Shown: positions 1 to 9,644 of the stretch, piece after piece | How positions within the stretch are numbered: the stretch's first letter is position 1 | Layout of the letters: each line of letters opens with the position of its first letter | From: Methanosarcina sp. | GTDB lineage: Archaea; Halobacteriota; Methanosarcinia; Methanosarcinales; Methanosarcinaceae | Direction: 5' to 3' | Assembly (NCBI RefSeq): GCF_049706645.1 | Contig: NZ_JBNAKP010000019.1 | Location: forward strand, 153-64,152 | DNA length: 64,000 nucleotides | Position numbers and translations under genes: made by a program | Notes under the pieces: generated by a model | Databases searched by the model: none | Told to the model about the DNA's origin: nothing | What the model saw: only the letters and a program-made list of their open reading frames with translations

Positions 1-81
1 AAACATATTCATTAGAAAAACAGTACTTATTAAAAACAGCAATCGTAAATCCAAAATACTTTTTTACCTCAATGGCTTTTG

Positions 82-106
82 AGGGAATCCTTGAGAAGGA
101 TTCCCT
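82..106. repeat. Perfect 11-bp inverted repeat downstream of echF (possible terminator or REP-like element)
   Basis: AGGGAATCCTT-GAG-AAGGATTCCCT, about 100 bp past the echF stop. Confidence 0.6.
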
Positions 107-202
107 TAGCTGCCATATTTAGACCGGAGAAAATTCCGTATTGTTTTTCAGGTTATTTATTTTAATTAAAGCAGCATTAAAAAAAGAATAAATTTTAAAT
201 TC

Positions 203-568
203 TTATTTTGAAGCTGCTTTTGGCGCTTTTGGAGTGTCTACTTTCGGGACCAGTGTTTTAACAGTTTCTTTCGCACCGGTTTTTGGCCTTTCATTAGATA
301 TCGTTAGACAATCTTTCGGGCAACCAACAACGCATTCGGTGCACATAATGCATCGAAATAAATTAATTTCCCACATTTTATCAGCTTTGGTAACTGTTAT
401 TGCATCAGGGGGGCATTTCTTTTGACATATCCCGCAGAGAATACAGTTTTCAGGATTGAAAACAATCCTCCCTTTAAATTCTTTAAAAGGTTCCCTTATT
501 TCGAAGGGGTAAAGTCTGGTAGCAGGTTTACGAGAAATGTTTGTTAGAACAAGGTTTAACATACCCAT
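203..568 (-). CDS. echF: Ech hydrogenase subunit F (2x[4Fe-4S] ferredoxin-like)
   Basis: Two CxxCxxCxxxCP motifs (CILCGICQKKCP, CIMCTECVVGCP); last gene of the ech cluster. Confidence 0.93.
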   Translation of the reverse strand: MGMLNLVLTNISRKPATRLYPFEIREPFKEFKGRIVFNPENCILCGICQKKCPPDAITVTKADKMWEINLFRCIMCTECVVGCPKDCLTISNERPKTGAKETVKTLVPKVDTPKAPKAASK

Positions 569-584
569 TATATCACCCTTCTTT

Positions 585-1661
585 TTATCTTTCAGTGCAG
601 CTAATGCAGGGATCTATAGTAAGTACAACTATAGGCACATCAGCGAGTCTAACACCTGGGAGCATTAGTAACAGTGAAGGTATATTTGCAAAGGTAGGAG
701 TTCTTATTTTAAGCCTTTCCAGGTTTTTAGTACCATTACCTTTTACGTAATATACAACTTCACCTCTGGGCTGCTCTGTTCTCATAATCGCTTCACCAGT
801 AGGGAAGCCCTTTATGGGTGTTGCAATTTCACCATTAGGCATCTTGGAGATCGCATTCCTTATCAGCTTAATAGATTCGTATAATTCAATGATTCTTACT
901 TTAGTTCTGGCGTAACAATCTCCATCTTTTTCAACGGCTGGCTTAAAACCGAGATCCCTATAAATGTCCCAGTCTGCTGTTTCTCTTACGTCAACAGCGT
1001 TCCCACTTCCTCTGAGTGTAGGACCAGCTGTTCCAGCCTCATATGCTAGTTGTTTTGACATTGTAGCTAATCCTACAAGTCTCTGCTTAACAGTGTAATT
1101 ATTTACAAACACTTTTTCGATATCTTTAACTTGAGATTCCACTGTATCAAGCATTTTCAGAATCATATCAATATTTTCTTTAGTCAGATCTTTGGTAACT
1201 CCTCCGACTTTGGATATTGAATGTATAACTCTGTTTCCAGTGATTCTCTCCAGTACATCTAATACTGTCTCTCTGTACTTCCAGCATTCATAGAAGAGGC
1301 TTTCAAATCCAAAACCATCGGCAAACAGGCCAAGCCAGAGGAGGTGACTGTGAACTCTGTTGAGTTCACCGACTATTACTCTTATATACTCCGCCCTTTC
1401 AGGAATCTCGGCATCGAATAGTTTTTCAACTGCCTTTGTATAAGTTATACCATGGAGGGCACTGCATATTCCGCATATTCTCTCGCAAATATACGTGGTT
1501 TGATTATAGTCCTTTGTGTCTATGAATTTCTCAAGCCCTCTGTGCACGTAGCCCAGTGAGGGAAGTGCTCCAACAACAACATCGTTGTCAAGTTCAAGTT
1601 TTAACGATACTGGTTCAGGTAAAACGGGATGTTGAGGACCAAACGGTATTACGGTTGTCAT
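585..1661 (-). CDS. echE: Ech hydrogenase large [NiFe] subunit E
   Basis: N-terminal FGPQHP, GYVHRG, ERICGIC; C-terminal DPCISCTER with no cleavable extension, as known for group 4 EchE. Confidence 0.97.
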   Translation of the reverse strand: MTTVIPFGPQHPVLPEPVSLKLELDNDVVVGALPSLGYVHRGLEKFIDTKDYNQTTYICERICGICSALHGITYTKAVEKLFDAEIPERAEYIRVIVGELNRVHSHLLWLGLFADGFGFESLFYECWKYRETVLDVLERITGNRVIHSISKVGGVTKDLTKENIDMILKMLDTVESQVKDIEKVFVNNYTVKQRLVGLATMSKQLAYEAGTAGPTLRGSGNAVDVRETADWDIYRDLGFKPAVEKDGDCYARTKVRIIELYESIKLIRNAISKMPNGEIATPIKGFPTGEAIMRTEQPRGEVVYYVKGNGTKNLERLKIRTPTFANIPSLLLMLPGVRLADVPIVVLTIDPCISCTER

Positions 1662-1683
1662 GTGATTCTCCTCTCAAATTGCT

Positions 1684-2034
1684 TTAAGCTAAGGGAGCCT
1701 TTGGACTGTTTGGTGTCAGGTAAAGGTGGCCTTTGTAGTCTATTGCTAAACCTTCGAAAGTCAAGCCGAAGAGATCCTGGTACTCATTCTCAATTAAAAG
1801 TGCACATAGATAAATGCCTGAAACACTCTTGGGTTTCTCTCCTGGTTTCACAAAGTACCTTAGATTTTTTAATTTATTGTCTTTCTCAAAGACATATATA
1901 AAATCGTGACCTTCGTTAGCTTTCAGGCATATCATAGTAGAATATCGATAGCCATCACTTTTTAAACCCTCAACAGTTTTTAGCAGCTCTCCACTGTTCT
2001 TAATTTCTGTGGAGTCTATGGTATTCTCAAGCAT
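1684..2034 (-). CDS. echD: Ech hydrogenase subunit D (NuoC-like)
   Basis: SVSGIYLCALLIENEYQDLFGLTFEG resembles the NuoC/EchD motif; lies between echC and echE. Confidence 0.9.
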   Translation of the reverse strand: MLENTIDSTEIKNSGELLKTVEGLKSDGYRYSTMICLKANEGHDFIYVFEKDNKLKNLRYFVKPGEKPKSVSGIYLCALLIENEYQDLFGLTFEGLAIDYKGHLYLTPNSPKAPLA

Positions 2035-2497
2035 TCGATGGCACCTCGCTTCCTTTCAATTTTACCTCTTTTCCTTTGATATTCCCTTTCTTCTTATTTT
2101 CAAGTATTGAAAGTGCTGCTACTACGCCGTCAAGTATGGCTTCAGGCCTTGGGCAGCATCCGGGGACATATGCATCTACCGGTATAACCTGGTCCACTCC
2201 GCCTATTACATTATAGCAGTTATGGAATATCCCGCCTGTAGATGCACAGGCGCCTACTGCTAAAACAACTTTGGGGTCAGGAATCTGGTTATAAATGTTC
2301 TTAATTACATTTACATTTTTATAATTTAGCGAGCCTGTAACCACCATTATATCAGCTTGCTTAGGAGTACCGATGTTTAAAACCCCAAACCTTTCAGCAT
2401 CATATAAGGGTGTAAGACAGGCTACTACCTCAATGTCACAGCCATTGCAGCTGTTACAATTTACATGTATAATCCATGGAGATTTTGCTAAACTCAT
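2027..2497 (-). CDS. echC: Ech hydrogenase small subunit C (NuoB-like)
   Basis: CNSCNGCDIE, GACASTGG and YVPGCCPRPEA motifs. Confidence 0.95.
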   Translation of the reverse strand: MSLAKSPWIIHVNCNSCNGCDIEVVACLTPLYDAERFGVLNIGTPKQADIMVVTGSLNYKNVNVIKNIYNQIPDPKVVLAVGACASTGGIFHNCYNVIGGVDQVIPVDAYVPGCCPRPEAILDGVVAALSILENKKKGNIKGKEVKLKGSEVPSNA

Positions 2498-2511
2498 AAG
2501 TCTCCCTCTTT

Positions 2512-3381
2512 TTACACTAATTTGACTCCACTAAAGTACAGGAATGCTATATTTACAATGGAAATTATCAGTAAAACTGTCCAGCTTAGTTTGAGCATCC
2601 ATTGCCAGTACACTCTTGCAGTAATGTTGTCTATAAGAGTTACAAAGAAGAAAGCAGCCGCAGATATAAGCACACCTATCAATGGGTTTACCGCCCAGAA
2701 TACGAATATTAGTCCTGTTAAAAACACGTATTCATAGAAGTGCCCAATCTCAATGCCGGCCATACCTGGCCCTGAATATTCGGTCGTCATACCTTTAACC
2801 AGTTCCTGATGACCGTGGTGAGAGGTTGAATAGTCAAAGGGTGACTTCTTCAATTTTATATTCAGAACAACTATCATTGCTATGAATATAAGAGGCGTGT
2901 ACATCAGCAGAGGGGTTGATGCGTCTACCAGCGCAGATAATTTGAAAGTTCCGGTAAGCAAGTATATGGCAAGAGCATATAATATTAAAATTGGTTCATA
3001 AGCCAGTATAGCCATAATTTCCCTTGAACTTCCTATCCTGGCGTATGGTGAACCAGTACTCATTCCACCTACTATGAGAGCTATCGAAGATACCGTGTAT
3101 ACAAATATTATCATCAGAATATCTGCTTTAAGCACTAACATCAAGAGGCTCAAAATTAAGAAGGCTACGTACACTACCACGTAGAAGTTTTGAGACGGGT
3201 TTACAACCAGATTGTCTTTACTGAGGAGCTTCCTGACATCATAGTATGGCTGCAAAAGGGGAGGACCGACTCTTCCCTGCAATCTTGCAGTAATTTTTCT
3301 GTCAATTCCTGCGTATAGGCAGCCAATCACAGGAGCTACAAATATAACAAGAACAGCTAATAAAATATCGTTCATGTTCAT
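2512..3381 (-). CDS. echB: Ech hydrogenase membrane subunit B (NuoH-like)
   Basis: GIDRKITARLQGRVGPPLLQPYYD and PFD...ELVKG...EYSG motifs; hydrophobic; start overlaps the echA stop. Confidence 0.95.
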   Translation of the reverse strand: MNMNDILLAVLVIFVAPVIGCLYAGIDRKITARLQGRVGPPLLQPYYDVRKLLSKDNLVVNPSQNFYVVVYVAFLILSLLMLVLKADILMIIFVYTVSSIALIVGGMSTGSPYARIGSSREIMAILAYEPILILYALAIYLLTGTFKLSALVDASTPLLMYTPLIFIAMIVVLNIKLKKSPFDYSTSHHGHQELVKGMTTEYSGPGMAGIEIGHFYEYVFLTGLIFVFWAVNPLIGVLISAAAFFFVTLIDNITARVYWQWMLKLSWTVLLIISIVNIAFLYFSGVKLV

Positions 3382-5291
3382 AATACTCCTCCTGCTAATG
3401 CAATTACAATGAGAATTATCGAAATTGCATATCCGAGTACTGTAAGTTTACTTTCTCCAAAGGTATTTTGAAGGTAGATGTTAGAGACACTGCTCTTATC
3501 GTAACTGCAAGTTCCGTTTCTGAACATTAATCCGTCTTTTTCCATGTTGTTTTCTCCACACATATAATAGTTAACTCTGCGAGGAGTGAACATGTTTCTG
3601 GTAGCGAAATAGATCAGAATAGCCAGAGCAAGCGCTCCGAAGATTGCTGCATAAGCAAATGCCCCTATTTCAGAGGTAAATTGTCCAGCCTGTCCTGAGA
3701 TCTCAGGAGCAGCTTGAAGCAGAATTTCAACCTGAGGTTTAATGAAGTAATTGTATATTGAAAATACAAATATACTTGTAACTATAATCGCCAGTCCAAG
3801 GAATGACAGTGGGAAATACGTTTCCGGTTTTTTGTGGTGAACTGCATTCTTATCCATGCTGGATGATAAGATTGTTCCCATCCACTTAGCATAGTAAACT
3901 GTAGTGAGTGCACTTCCAAGTATAAGGAATACTATCACAATAGGGTTGCTTGAAGCAGCTTCCATTGACACCCATTTTGTAAGCAATACCCCAAAAGGAG
4001 GTAAGAGCATGGATACCATTCCCAGAGCTGCAAGACTGGTAAGAAGAGGAGCCTTATTTATTAATCCTGACATGTCCTCAATATCTCTGCTTCCTATTGT
4101 GTGTTCAATTTCACCTGTGCACAGGAACAGAAGAGCTTTTGATATGGCGTGGAACAGAATAAGCATAATCGCAGCAGCTACAGCCAGAGGCGTACCAATT
4201 CCAGCGCTTGCGATAATTAAACCCAGATTTGCAATTGTAGAGTAAGCAAGTACTCTCTTGGCATTCCTCTGGGATAAGGCTAAAGCCGAGCACATAACGA
4301 AGGTAAAGCTACCGTAAACTGCAATAGCTGTTCCGAGACTCGTGCCCGCAAAAGCCGGTACTAGTTTGACGACTAAAAACACACCTGCATTTACCATTGT
4401 GCTTGAGTGCAGTAAGGCCGAAACCGGGGTTGGAGCTACCATTGCGCCTAAGAGCCAGCTCTGGAAAGGCATCTGAGCAGATTTCGCAAAGCCTCCTATA
4501 CAGAGTAAAGCAACAGGAAGGGCTACAGCGGCCATTGTTGTTGCATCAGTTCCAGCGTAAGTTCCGATTCCAGAAAGAGTACCTATATCATATGTTGCGA
4601 GCAGAATTATGCCTATAGATAGAGCAATTCCACCAACCAGGTTTAAAGCCAGAGCCCTGAAACCGTTATTTATTCCTTCTTCATCCATGTTGTATGAGAT
4701 TAACACGAACGAACAAAGAGTTGTTAGTTCCCAGAAAAGAAACAGCCATCCCAGCGTGTCAGCCATTACCAGACCATTCATGGCTGCCAGGAAGAAACTC
4801 ATCGTAAAGTAGAAAGTTTTTTGTCTGTTTAAATGCCTGTGTTCTTCATATTCATCCATATAACCGGTTGCGAATAATATAATCGCAGTACCGACTATAT
4901 TAACAATTAATATCATGATCTGAGAAAATTGATCAATATTAAAAGAAGCACCTTCGGCATGTGGAAGACTGGTAAAAGTGTAAGCAAATACAGCTGCTGA
5001 AATTATTCCTAGCCCGAGTGTAGGCCAGTTTTTATATTTTGCTGACACACCAAGAATAAATAATATCACCAGTACTTCGAGTATAAGGACAATATTTTCT
5101 AGCATTGCGAAATTTGGTTCGCCAATCTCAACTACTCCAGTACCATCCAGTACTAAACTAACTGATAAAGCTACCCCAAGTATGAAAAAAGCCCAAGCCA
5201 GGTACTTGTATAGCGATTTGGGAAGGGCTACGAATAAAAACGAAAACAGTACGGGTACTGCAATTAATAGCATAACAGTATTTTCTATCAT
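3378..5291 (-). CDS. echA: Ech hydrogenase membrane subunit A (NuoL/MrpA antiporter-like)
   Basis: FWELTT, KSAQMPFQSWLLGAMVAPTPVSALLHSSTMV, LAYSTI motifs; 637 aa, multi-TM. Confidence 0.95.
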   Translation of the reverse strand: MIENTVMLLIAVPVLFSFLFVALPKSLYKYLAWAFFILGVALSVSLVLDGTGVVEIGEPNFAMLENIVLILEVLVILFILGVSAKYKNWPTLGLGIISAAVFAYTFTSLPHAEGASFNIDQFSQIMILIVNIVGTAIILFATGYMDEYEEHRHLNRQKTFYFTMSFFLAAMNGLVMADTLGWLFLFWELTTLCSFVLISYNMDEEGINNGFRALALNLVGGIALSIGIILLATYDIGTLSGIGTYAGTDATTMAAVALPVALLCIGGFAKSAQMPFQSWLLGAMVAPTPVSALLHSSTMVNAGVFLVVKLVPAFAGTSLGTAIAVYGSFTFVMCSALALSQRNAKRVLAYSTIANLGLIIASAGIGTPLAVAAAIMLILFHAISKALLFLCTGEIEHTIGSRDIEDMSGLINKAPLLTSLAALGMVSMLLPPFGVLLTKWVSMEAASSNPIVIVFLILGSALTTVYYAKWMGTILSSSMDKNAVHHKKPETYFPLSFLGLAIIVTSIFVFSIYNYFIKPQVEILLQAAPEISGQAGQFTSEIGAFAYAAIFGALALAILIYFATRNMFTPRRVNYYMCGENNMEKDGLMFRNGTCSYDKSSVSNIYLQNTFGESKLTVLGYAISIILIVIALAGGVL

Positions 5292-5580
5292 ACAGCGTAT
5301 CCTCCGATCTATAATCCTCCGATCTGTTCATTCTCTGACGTATTGGTGGAATTTATACAGTTGAAAAACAAACCAAGTACATAAGACGTTTTTATAACCC
5401 ATTTTTCATATTCCCGAAAGGTTTTTATATTGATTTCCCAGTTCAACTGCCCAATTCCTGAGTATATAAGAATATGGACTAATAATCCTCAAATATTATA
5501 ATATTCTTATATCAAAATTACAAGAAATAATAATATGCGAATAATGTCGATATAAATTCGACATGTTGCCAATTCTTAAT

Positions 5581-5972
5581 TATAGCAAAGGCATATTTAA
5601 AGATAGTGATTTTCTTTTTACTTTTATATTACTCACAAGAATAATGGACAAAATAGCCCCCAGATATTGTTTTCTTCTTGTTTTATATTTTATAGTTATA
5701 AATACTACTGAATGCTAATTCATACTACCAACTGGTTCCAATATACTACCAAAGTGGTATAAATTAGCATACACAAAGCCCTATTTAAACATAATGGTTT
5801 TAGTTTATTTTTATATTGCTCCTGAGATTCATTTATTGACTAGCCTGCGAATATCACAGTTTTTTAAATTTAAAGACTAAAATAAACAATAAATAATAAT
5901 ATCAAATTACTACAATAATTAATATAACAAAGGGATATTTAAAGAAAGTGATTTTAACTTTATTTTTATAAT
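5581..5972 (-). promoter_or_regulatory. Three copies of a ~50-bp TATA-containing module upstream of echA (5581-5630, ~5769-5817, 5923-5972)
   Basis: Each copy has TTTAAATA on the minus strand (5594-5601, 5782-5789, 5936-5943). Copies 1 and 3 match at 30/33 nt; the middle copy matches copy 1 at 22/27 nt over the core. Confidence 0.65.
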
Positions 5973-6140
5973 AATCTTGTTATTATTCTGTATTACTTCT
6001 ATTGTATCTTATATTAATCTTGCTATCTACTGTAAAAACAGGTGTAATATAATAATGGAGCATTCCTGACAGTCTATTTTCTGACAGCCTATATTATAGA
6101 TACCTGGTGAATACTTATGGCAACATATTTTATAAGTTCT

Positions 6141-7211
6141 TCAAAACCTGAACTTATCTTTATTTTTATCCATAATTTTAACCAGGGAGAGCATTACGGG
6201 AACTTCCACAAGAACACCTACTACGGTAGCAAGGGCTGCTCCTGAATTCATCCCGAAAAGAATAAGGGCCACTGCTACAGCCAGTTCAAAGAAATTGCTC
6301 GCTCCAATGAATGTAGAGGGAGCGGCTTCCCTGTAAGGAATTTTCAGGTATTTTGCGCCTGCATACCCGATCCAGAAGATAAGATAGGTCTGCAGAACAA
6401 GAGGAAATGCAATCAGAAGAATATGCAACGGATAATTTATGATATTTTTCCCCTGAAATACAAAAATGAGGATAAGGGTAACTAAGAGGCCAAGAGGGGT
6501 TACCCATTCAATTCTCTTTATTAGCCTGTTTTCAAACCAGGTAATTCCTTTTTTCCTTATGACTACCTGCCTTGTCAGCACAGCGAGACCAAGAGGAAGT
6601 GCTACATAAAAAACGACCGAGGCGAAAATGGTCATAAGGGGCACAGGAAAATCGGTTGTAACTCCAAGGAGGAATTTTCCTAGCGGGGCAAAGAGAATCA
6701 GGATTACAAGATCGTTCACTGAAACCTGAATAAGGGCATAATTAATATTAGCTTTTGCGAGATAAGTCCAGACAAGTACCATTGCCGTACAGGGAGCAAG
6801 CCCGAGGAGAATCATACCTGCAGTGTACTGAGCCTGTAGGTCAGCAGGAATGAATGATGCAAAGATCACGTGCATGAAAAGCCATGCAATAAAAGCCATG
6901 GTAAAGGGCTTGATTACCCAGTTTACGACAAGGGTCAGAAGAAGGGGTTTAAGGTTTGCTTCAACATTGAGGATTTCCTCAAAATTTATCTTTAGCATGA
7001 TGGGATACATCATAACAAGAAGCACAGCAGCTACAGGTACGGAGACATTTGCAATCTCGATTCTTCCCAGGGTATTCGCAAAGCCTGGAAAGGCATAGCC
7101 GATTACGGTTCCCAATACTATACAAACTGCAACCCAGATAGAAAGGTATTTACTGAAAAAGTCGAGTTCTCTTTCTTCTTCAAATTCGATTTTCTCTCTT
7201 TCCCCGGACAT
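6141..7211 (-). CDS. acr3: Arsenite efflux transporter, ACR3 family
   Basis: LDFFSKYLSIWV, MMYPIM, LLGLAPCTAMV (conserved Cys), ASNFFELAVAVA, GVLVEVPVM signature motifs. Confidence 0.93.
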   Translation of the reverse strand: MSGEREKIEFEEERELDFFSKYLSIWVAVCIVLGTVIGYAFPGFANTLGRIEIANVSVPVAAVLLVMMYPIMLKINFEEILNVEANLKPLLLTLVVNWVIKPFTMAFIAWLFMHVIFASFIPADLQAQYTAGMILLGLAPCTAMVLVWTYLAKANINYALIQVSVNDLVILILFAPLGKFLLGVTTDFPVPLMTIFASVVFYVALPLGLAVLTRQVVIRKKGITWFENRLIKRIEWVTPLGLLVTLILIFVFQGKNIINYPLHILLIAFPLVLQTYLIFWIGYAGAKYLKIPYREAAPSTFIGASNFFELAVAVALILFGMNSGAALATVVGVLVEVPVMLSLVKIMDKNKDKFRF

Positions 7212-7232
7212 TTATTCTCCCTTCCCCGCTTC

Positions 7233-8117
7233 TTACTCTTTTCTTCTGTTTGCCGAAATTAAAAGTACAGGTTTTATGGTTTGCCGGAGCACCCTCTCTA
7301 CCGTACTTCCAAGCAACAGTTCCTTAACTTCACCTCTCCCCCGGGCAGTCATTATGATCAGGGTAACATCTTCAATATCGGCAAGCTTAACGATTTCTTC
7401 AGACGGAACGCCTTCAGGCACGCTGTACCTGACAGTAACTCCTGAAAAGCGTTTCCCTATTTCCTGAAGCCGGCCGATTGTTTCTGCTTTTTGCTCATCC
7501 AGCAGATCGAGATCTTTTATATTATCTATAACATAGACAAACACGATCTCCTTCAGAATTTCAGTAAACTCGTGAAGCTGCTCAACTGCCCTCATGGCTT
7601 CTTCTGAGAAATCCAGGGGTACAAGAATTCTGGAGAAGGTTGTTCGGCACGCCTTCCCATAAACTTCCTTTCCTTCTTTCAGGACATTGTACTTTTCAAC
7701 AAGAAGCATCCTTTCGGACCTGTGAGCTATATATTCCGTAGTTCTCCCCAGGAACCTGCCCTTTATAAGCCCTTTAGTAGTAGCTCCTATAATAATACAG
7801 TCAACGTTCTTTTGATTGGCAATCTCTATAATAACTTTCGCAACTTCTCCTACTACAACCAGGGTTTCGGCTTCAAGCTCAAGGTCCCTGACAAAGTTCG
7901 CGTGATATTCGATCTCTTCTTTTGCATGCCGTTCAAACATCGGGGCAAGCCCCTGAGCTTTATGGATATCCACTACATGCAGCAGAATAACTCTCTTTAG
8001 TCCGGCATTTCTTAGTTCCCCTATGCAGCCGAGCAAATCTTCCGTTTCTATGGTGAAATCAGTGGGAACAAGTACGGTTTCAATCAATCCAGCGCCCCCG
8101 GTTACAGAGTACTCCAA
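7233..8117 (-). CDS. Universal stress protein, tandem USP domains
   Basis: TVLVPTDFT and ILVPLDFS; G-x2-GRFLGRTTE and ARGRG...LLGSTVERVL; TTG start; 21 bp upstream of acr3. Confidence 0.88.
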   Translation of the reverse strand: MEYSVTGGAGLIETVLVPTDFTIETEDLLGCIGELRNAGLKRVILLHVVDIHKAQGLAPMFERHAKEEIEYHANFVRDLELEAETLVVVGEVAKVIIEIANQKNVDCIIIGATTKGLIKGRFLGRTTEYIAHRSERMLLVEKYNVLKEGKEVYGKACRTTFSRILVPLDFSEEAMRAVEQLHEFTEILKEIVFVYVIDNIKDLDLLDEQKAETIGRLQEIGKRFSGVTVRYSVPEGVPSEEIVKLADIEDVTLIIMTARGRGEVKELLLGSTVERVLRQTIKPVLLISANRRKE

Positions 8118-8513
8118 CAGCTTTTTTATTTCACTATCCCTTTAAGGCTCCATTTTATAGTATATTTTTGCAGCATAAATAAGTACTATAATGCTTCTGC
8201 CGAAGCTCGGAAGTGGGTAAATAAAGGTTATAGCTAAAGAATAAAGTAAAAAGTAGGAAGATAAAAGGAAAAGATACCTGAAAAAGGATAATGGAATGGA
8301 GCTTGTCGCTTTAAATAAATCTTTTTATAATAACACCTGAGTTACAGTGAACATCTTACTGCAACGGCTTTCAAAACCGGTATGGTTTAAAGTTCAATGT
8401 ATATCTACTAAACGTTAAGGGAATTTTCATGAGTATACTGGCATGAGAATATTGATTTAGAGTTCAAATGTGGTTAAAATTGCATTATGAAATTACTAAT
8501 TGAGGGTTCAAGT

Positions 8514-8672
8514 ATGGTTAAATGTTCTATTTGTGGGAAAGATGAAAATTCACTGCTTAGAGTAAAGCACAGGAAGCTTGGCACAATAAAGCTCTGCTTT
8601 GAATGCTGGGAAGTAGAAGATAGCAATAAAAATCTTCTTCCTTCATGTGGTGGATGTGATTGCTGCAGATGA
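8514..8672 (+). CDS. Small Cys-rich protein (52 aa, 8 Cys), probable metal-binding
   Basis: ATG 8514 follows a GAGGGT RBS; CSIC...CFEC plus terminal SCGGCDCCR. Confidence 0.65.
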   Translation: MVKCSICGKDENSLLRVKHRKLGTIKLCFECWEVEDSNKNLLPSCGGCDCCR

Positions 8673-8751
8673 TTCTGCTCTCAGGTGAATTTTTCACTTT
8701 TCTTCGCTCAGTGCTCTGCTGATTTCTGTACAGGAGTTTGCCTGCACAGAT

Positions 8752-8800
8752 AGAAAATAAGTTATTGTTCAGAAAATAAGTTATTGTTCAGAAAATAAGT
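8752..8800. repeat. 19-bp tandem repeat x2.5
   Basis: AGAAAATAAGTTATTGTTC at 8752 and 8771, partial copy at 8790. Confidence 0.8.
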
Positions 8801-8957
8801 CTATTTTTCAAGGACTTAACATAAACATATATTGATATATTCTCAATTTCTGCTTATCCAGCCTTTGAAATCAAAAGCTGGTGAATAAGTGAAAAACCTG
8901 AGTTTGGATCAGATTACTGAGAATCAGGAGTAGGTAAAAAAAGAAGTAAATTGGAGA

Positions 8958-9341
8958 TCACTTGGACTGGAGTATTTCCCCAACTTTTTCAAGGGCAAGG
9001 GCGACTTCTTCTTCTTTCAGATCCATATCCTTTGTCTTCTTGATCCCCAGCTCGGAAATTATTATATGACGGTCTACATTAAAGCCAGCCAGTTCAAGAG
9101 TTTTTCTGGCGCAGTTTACGGGACAACCGTCAATAGCAATGATCTTTTCGGAGGATTCTGCTGATTTCATAAGGCCCGGTGCTCGAGCCCCAATTCCCAC
9201 TGTACACATCATATTTCCGACTTCCTGCCTGACAAGTTCGATTGCAATTTTGTTTGAGATCTGTCCCGTGTTTGAAGCTCCTGCACAGGGAAAAATTGCA
9301 ACATTGGCTGCTCCGCACGCACATTTTGTATTTTCTGCCAT
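8958..9341 (-). CDS. DGC-domain putative zinc-binding protein
   Basis: FPCAGASNTGQ, MMCTVGIG, IAIDGCPVNCARKTL motifs. Confidence 0.88.
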   Translation of the reverse strand: MAENTKCACGAANVAIFPCAGASNTGQISNKIAIELVRQEVGNMMCTVGIGARAPGLMKSAESSEKIIAIDGCPVNCARKTLELAGFNVDRHIIISELGIKKTKDMDLKEEEVALALEKVGEILQSK

Positions 9342-9410
9342 AATTTCATTCTCTCCTATTTTTTGATTCTGGACCTTATTGAAGTTTGTAGCTGGATAAC
9401 CTTAAGCTTT

Positions 9411-9644
9411 TTATTTTTTAATCCATTTTTTGATATCATTCACGCTTGGGACTTTTCCTGCGACTTTAACATCCCCGTCAATTACAAGAGCAGGCGTGAC
9501 CATAACTCCATATCCCAGAATTTTATCGAAATCCTCTACCTTGACGATTTCAGCATCAACGCCCAGTTCTTTAACTGCTTTTTCTGCCAGTTCCTTTGTT
9601 TTTTTGCATTTTGCACATCCAGTACCCAGTATTTCGATTTTCAT
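9411..9644 (-). CDS. Small thioredoxin-family protein (MTH895-like redox-active disulfide protein)
   Basis: MKIEILGTGCAKCKK (CxxC) and GVMVTPALVIDG; start moved to ATG 9644 behind an AGGTGA RBS. Confidence 0.9.
   Translation of the reverse strand: MKIEILGTGCAKCKKTKELAEKAVKELGVDAEIVKVEDFDKILGYGVMVTPALVIDGDVKVAGKVPSVNDIKKWIKK

Noticed and set aside
585-600. Truncated EchE (no C-terminal extension)
   Set aside because: Ending at DPCxSCxxR is the known state for Ech large subunits, not a pseudogene sign.
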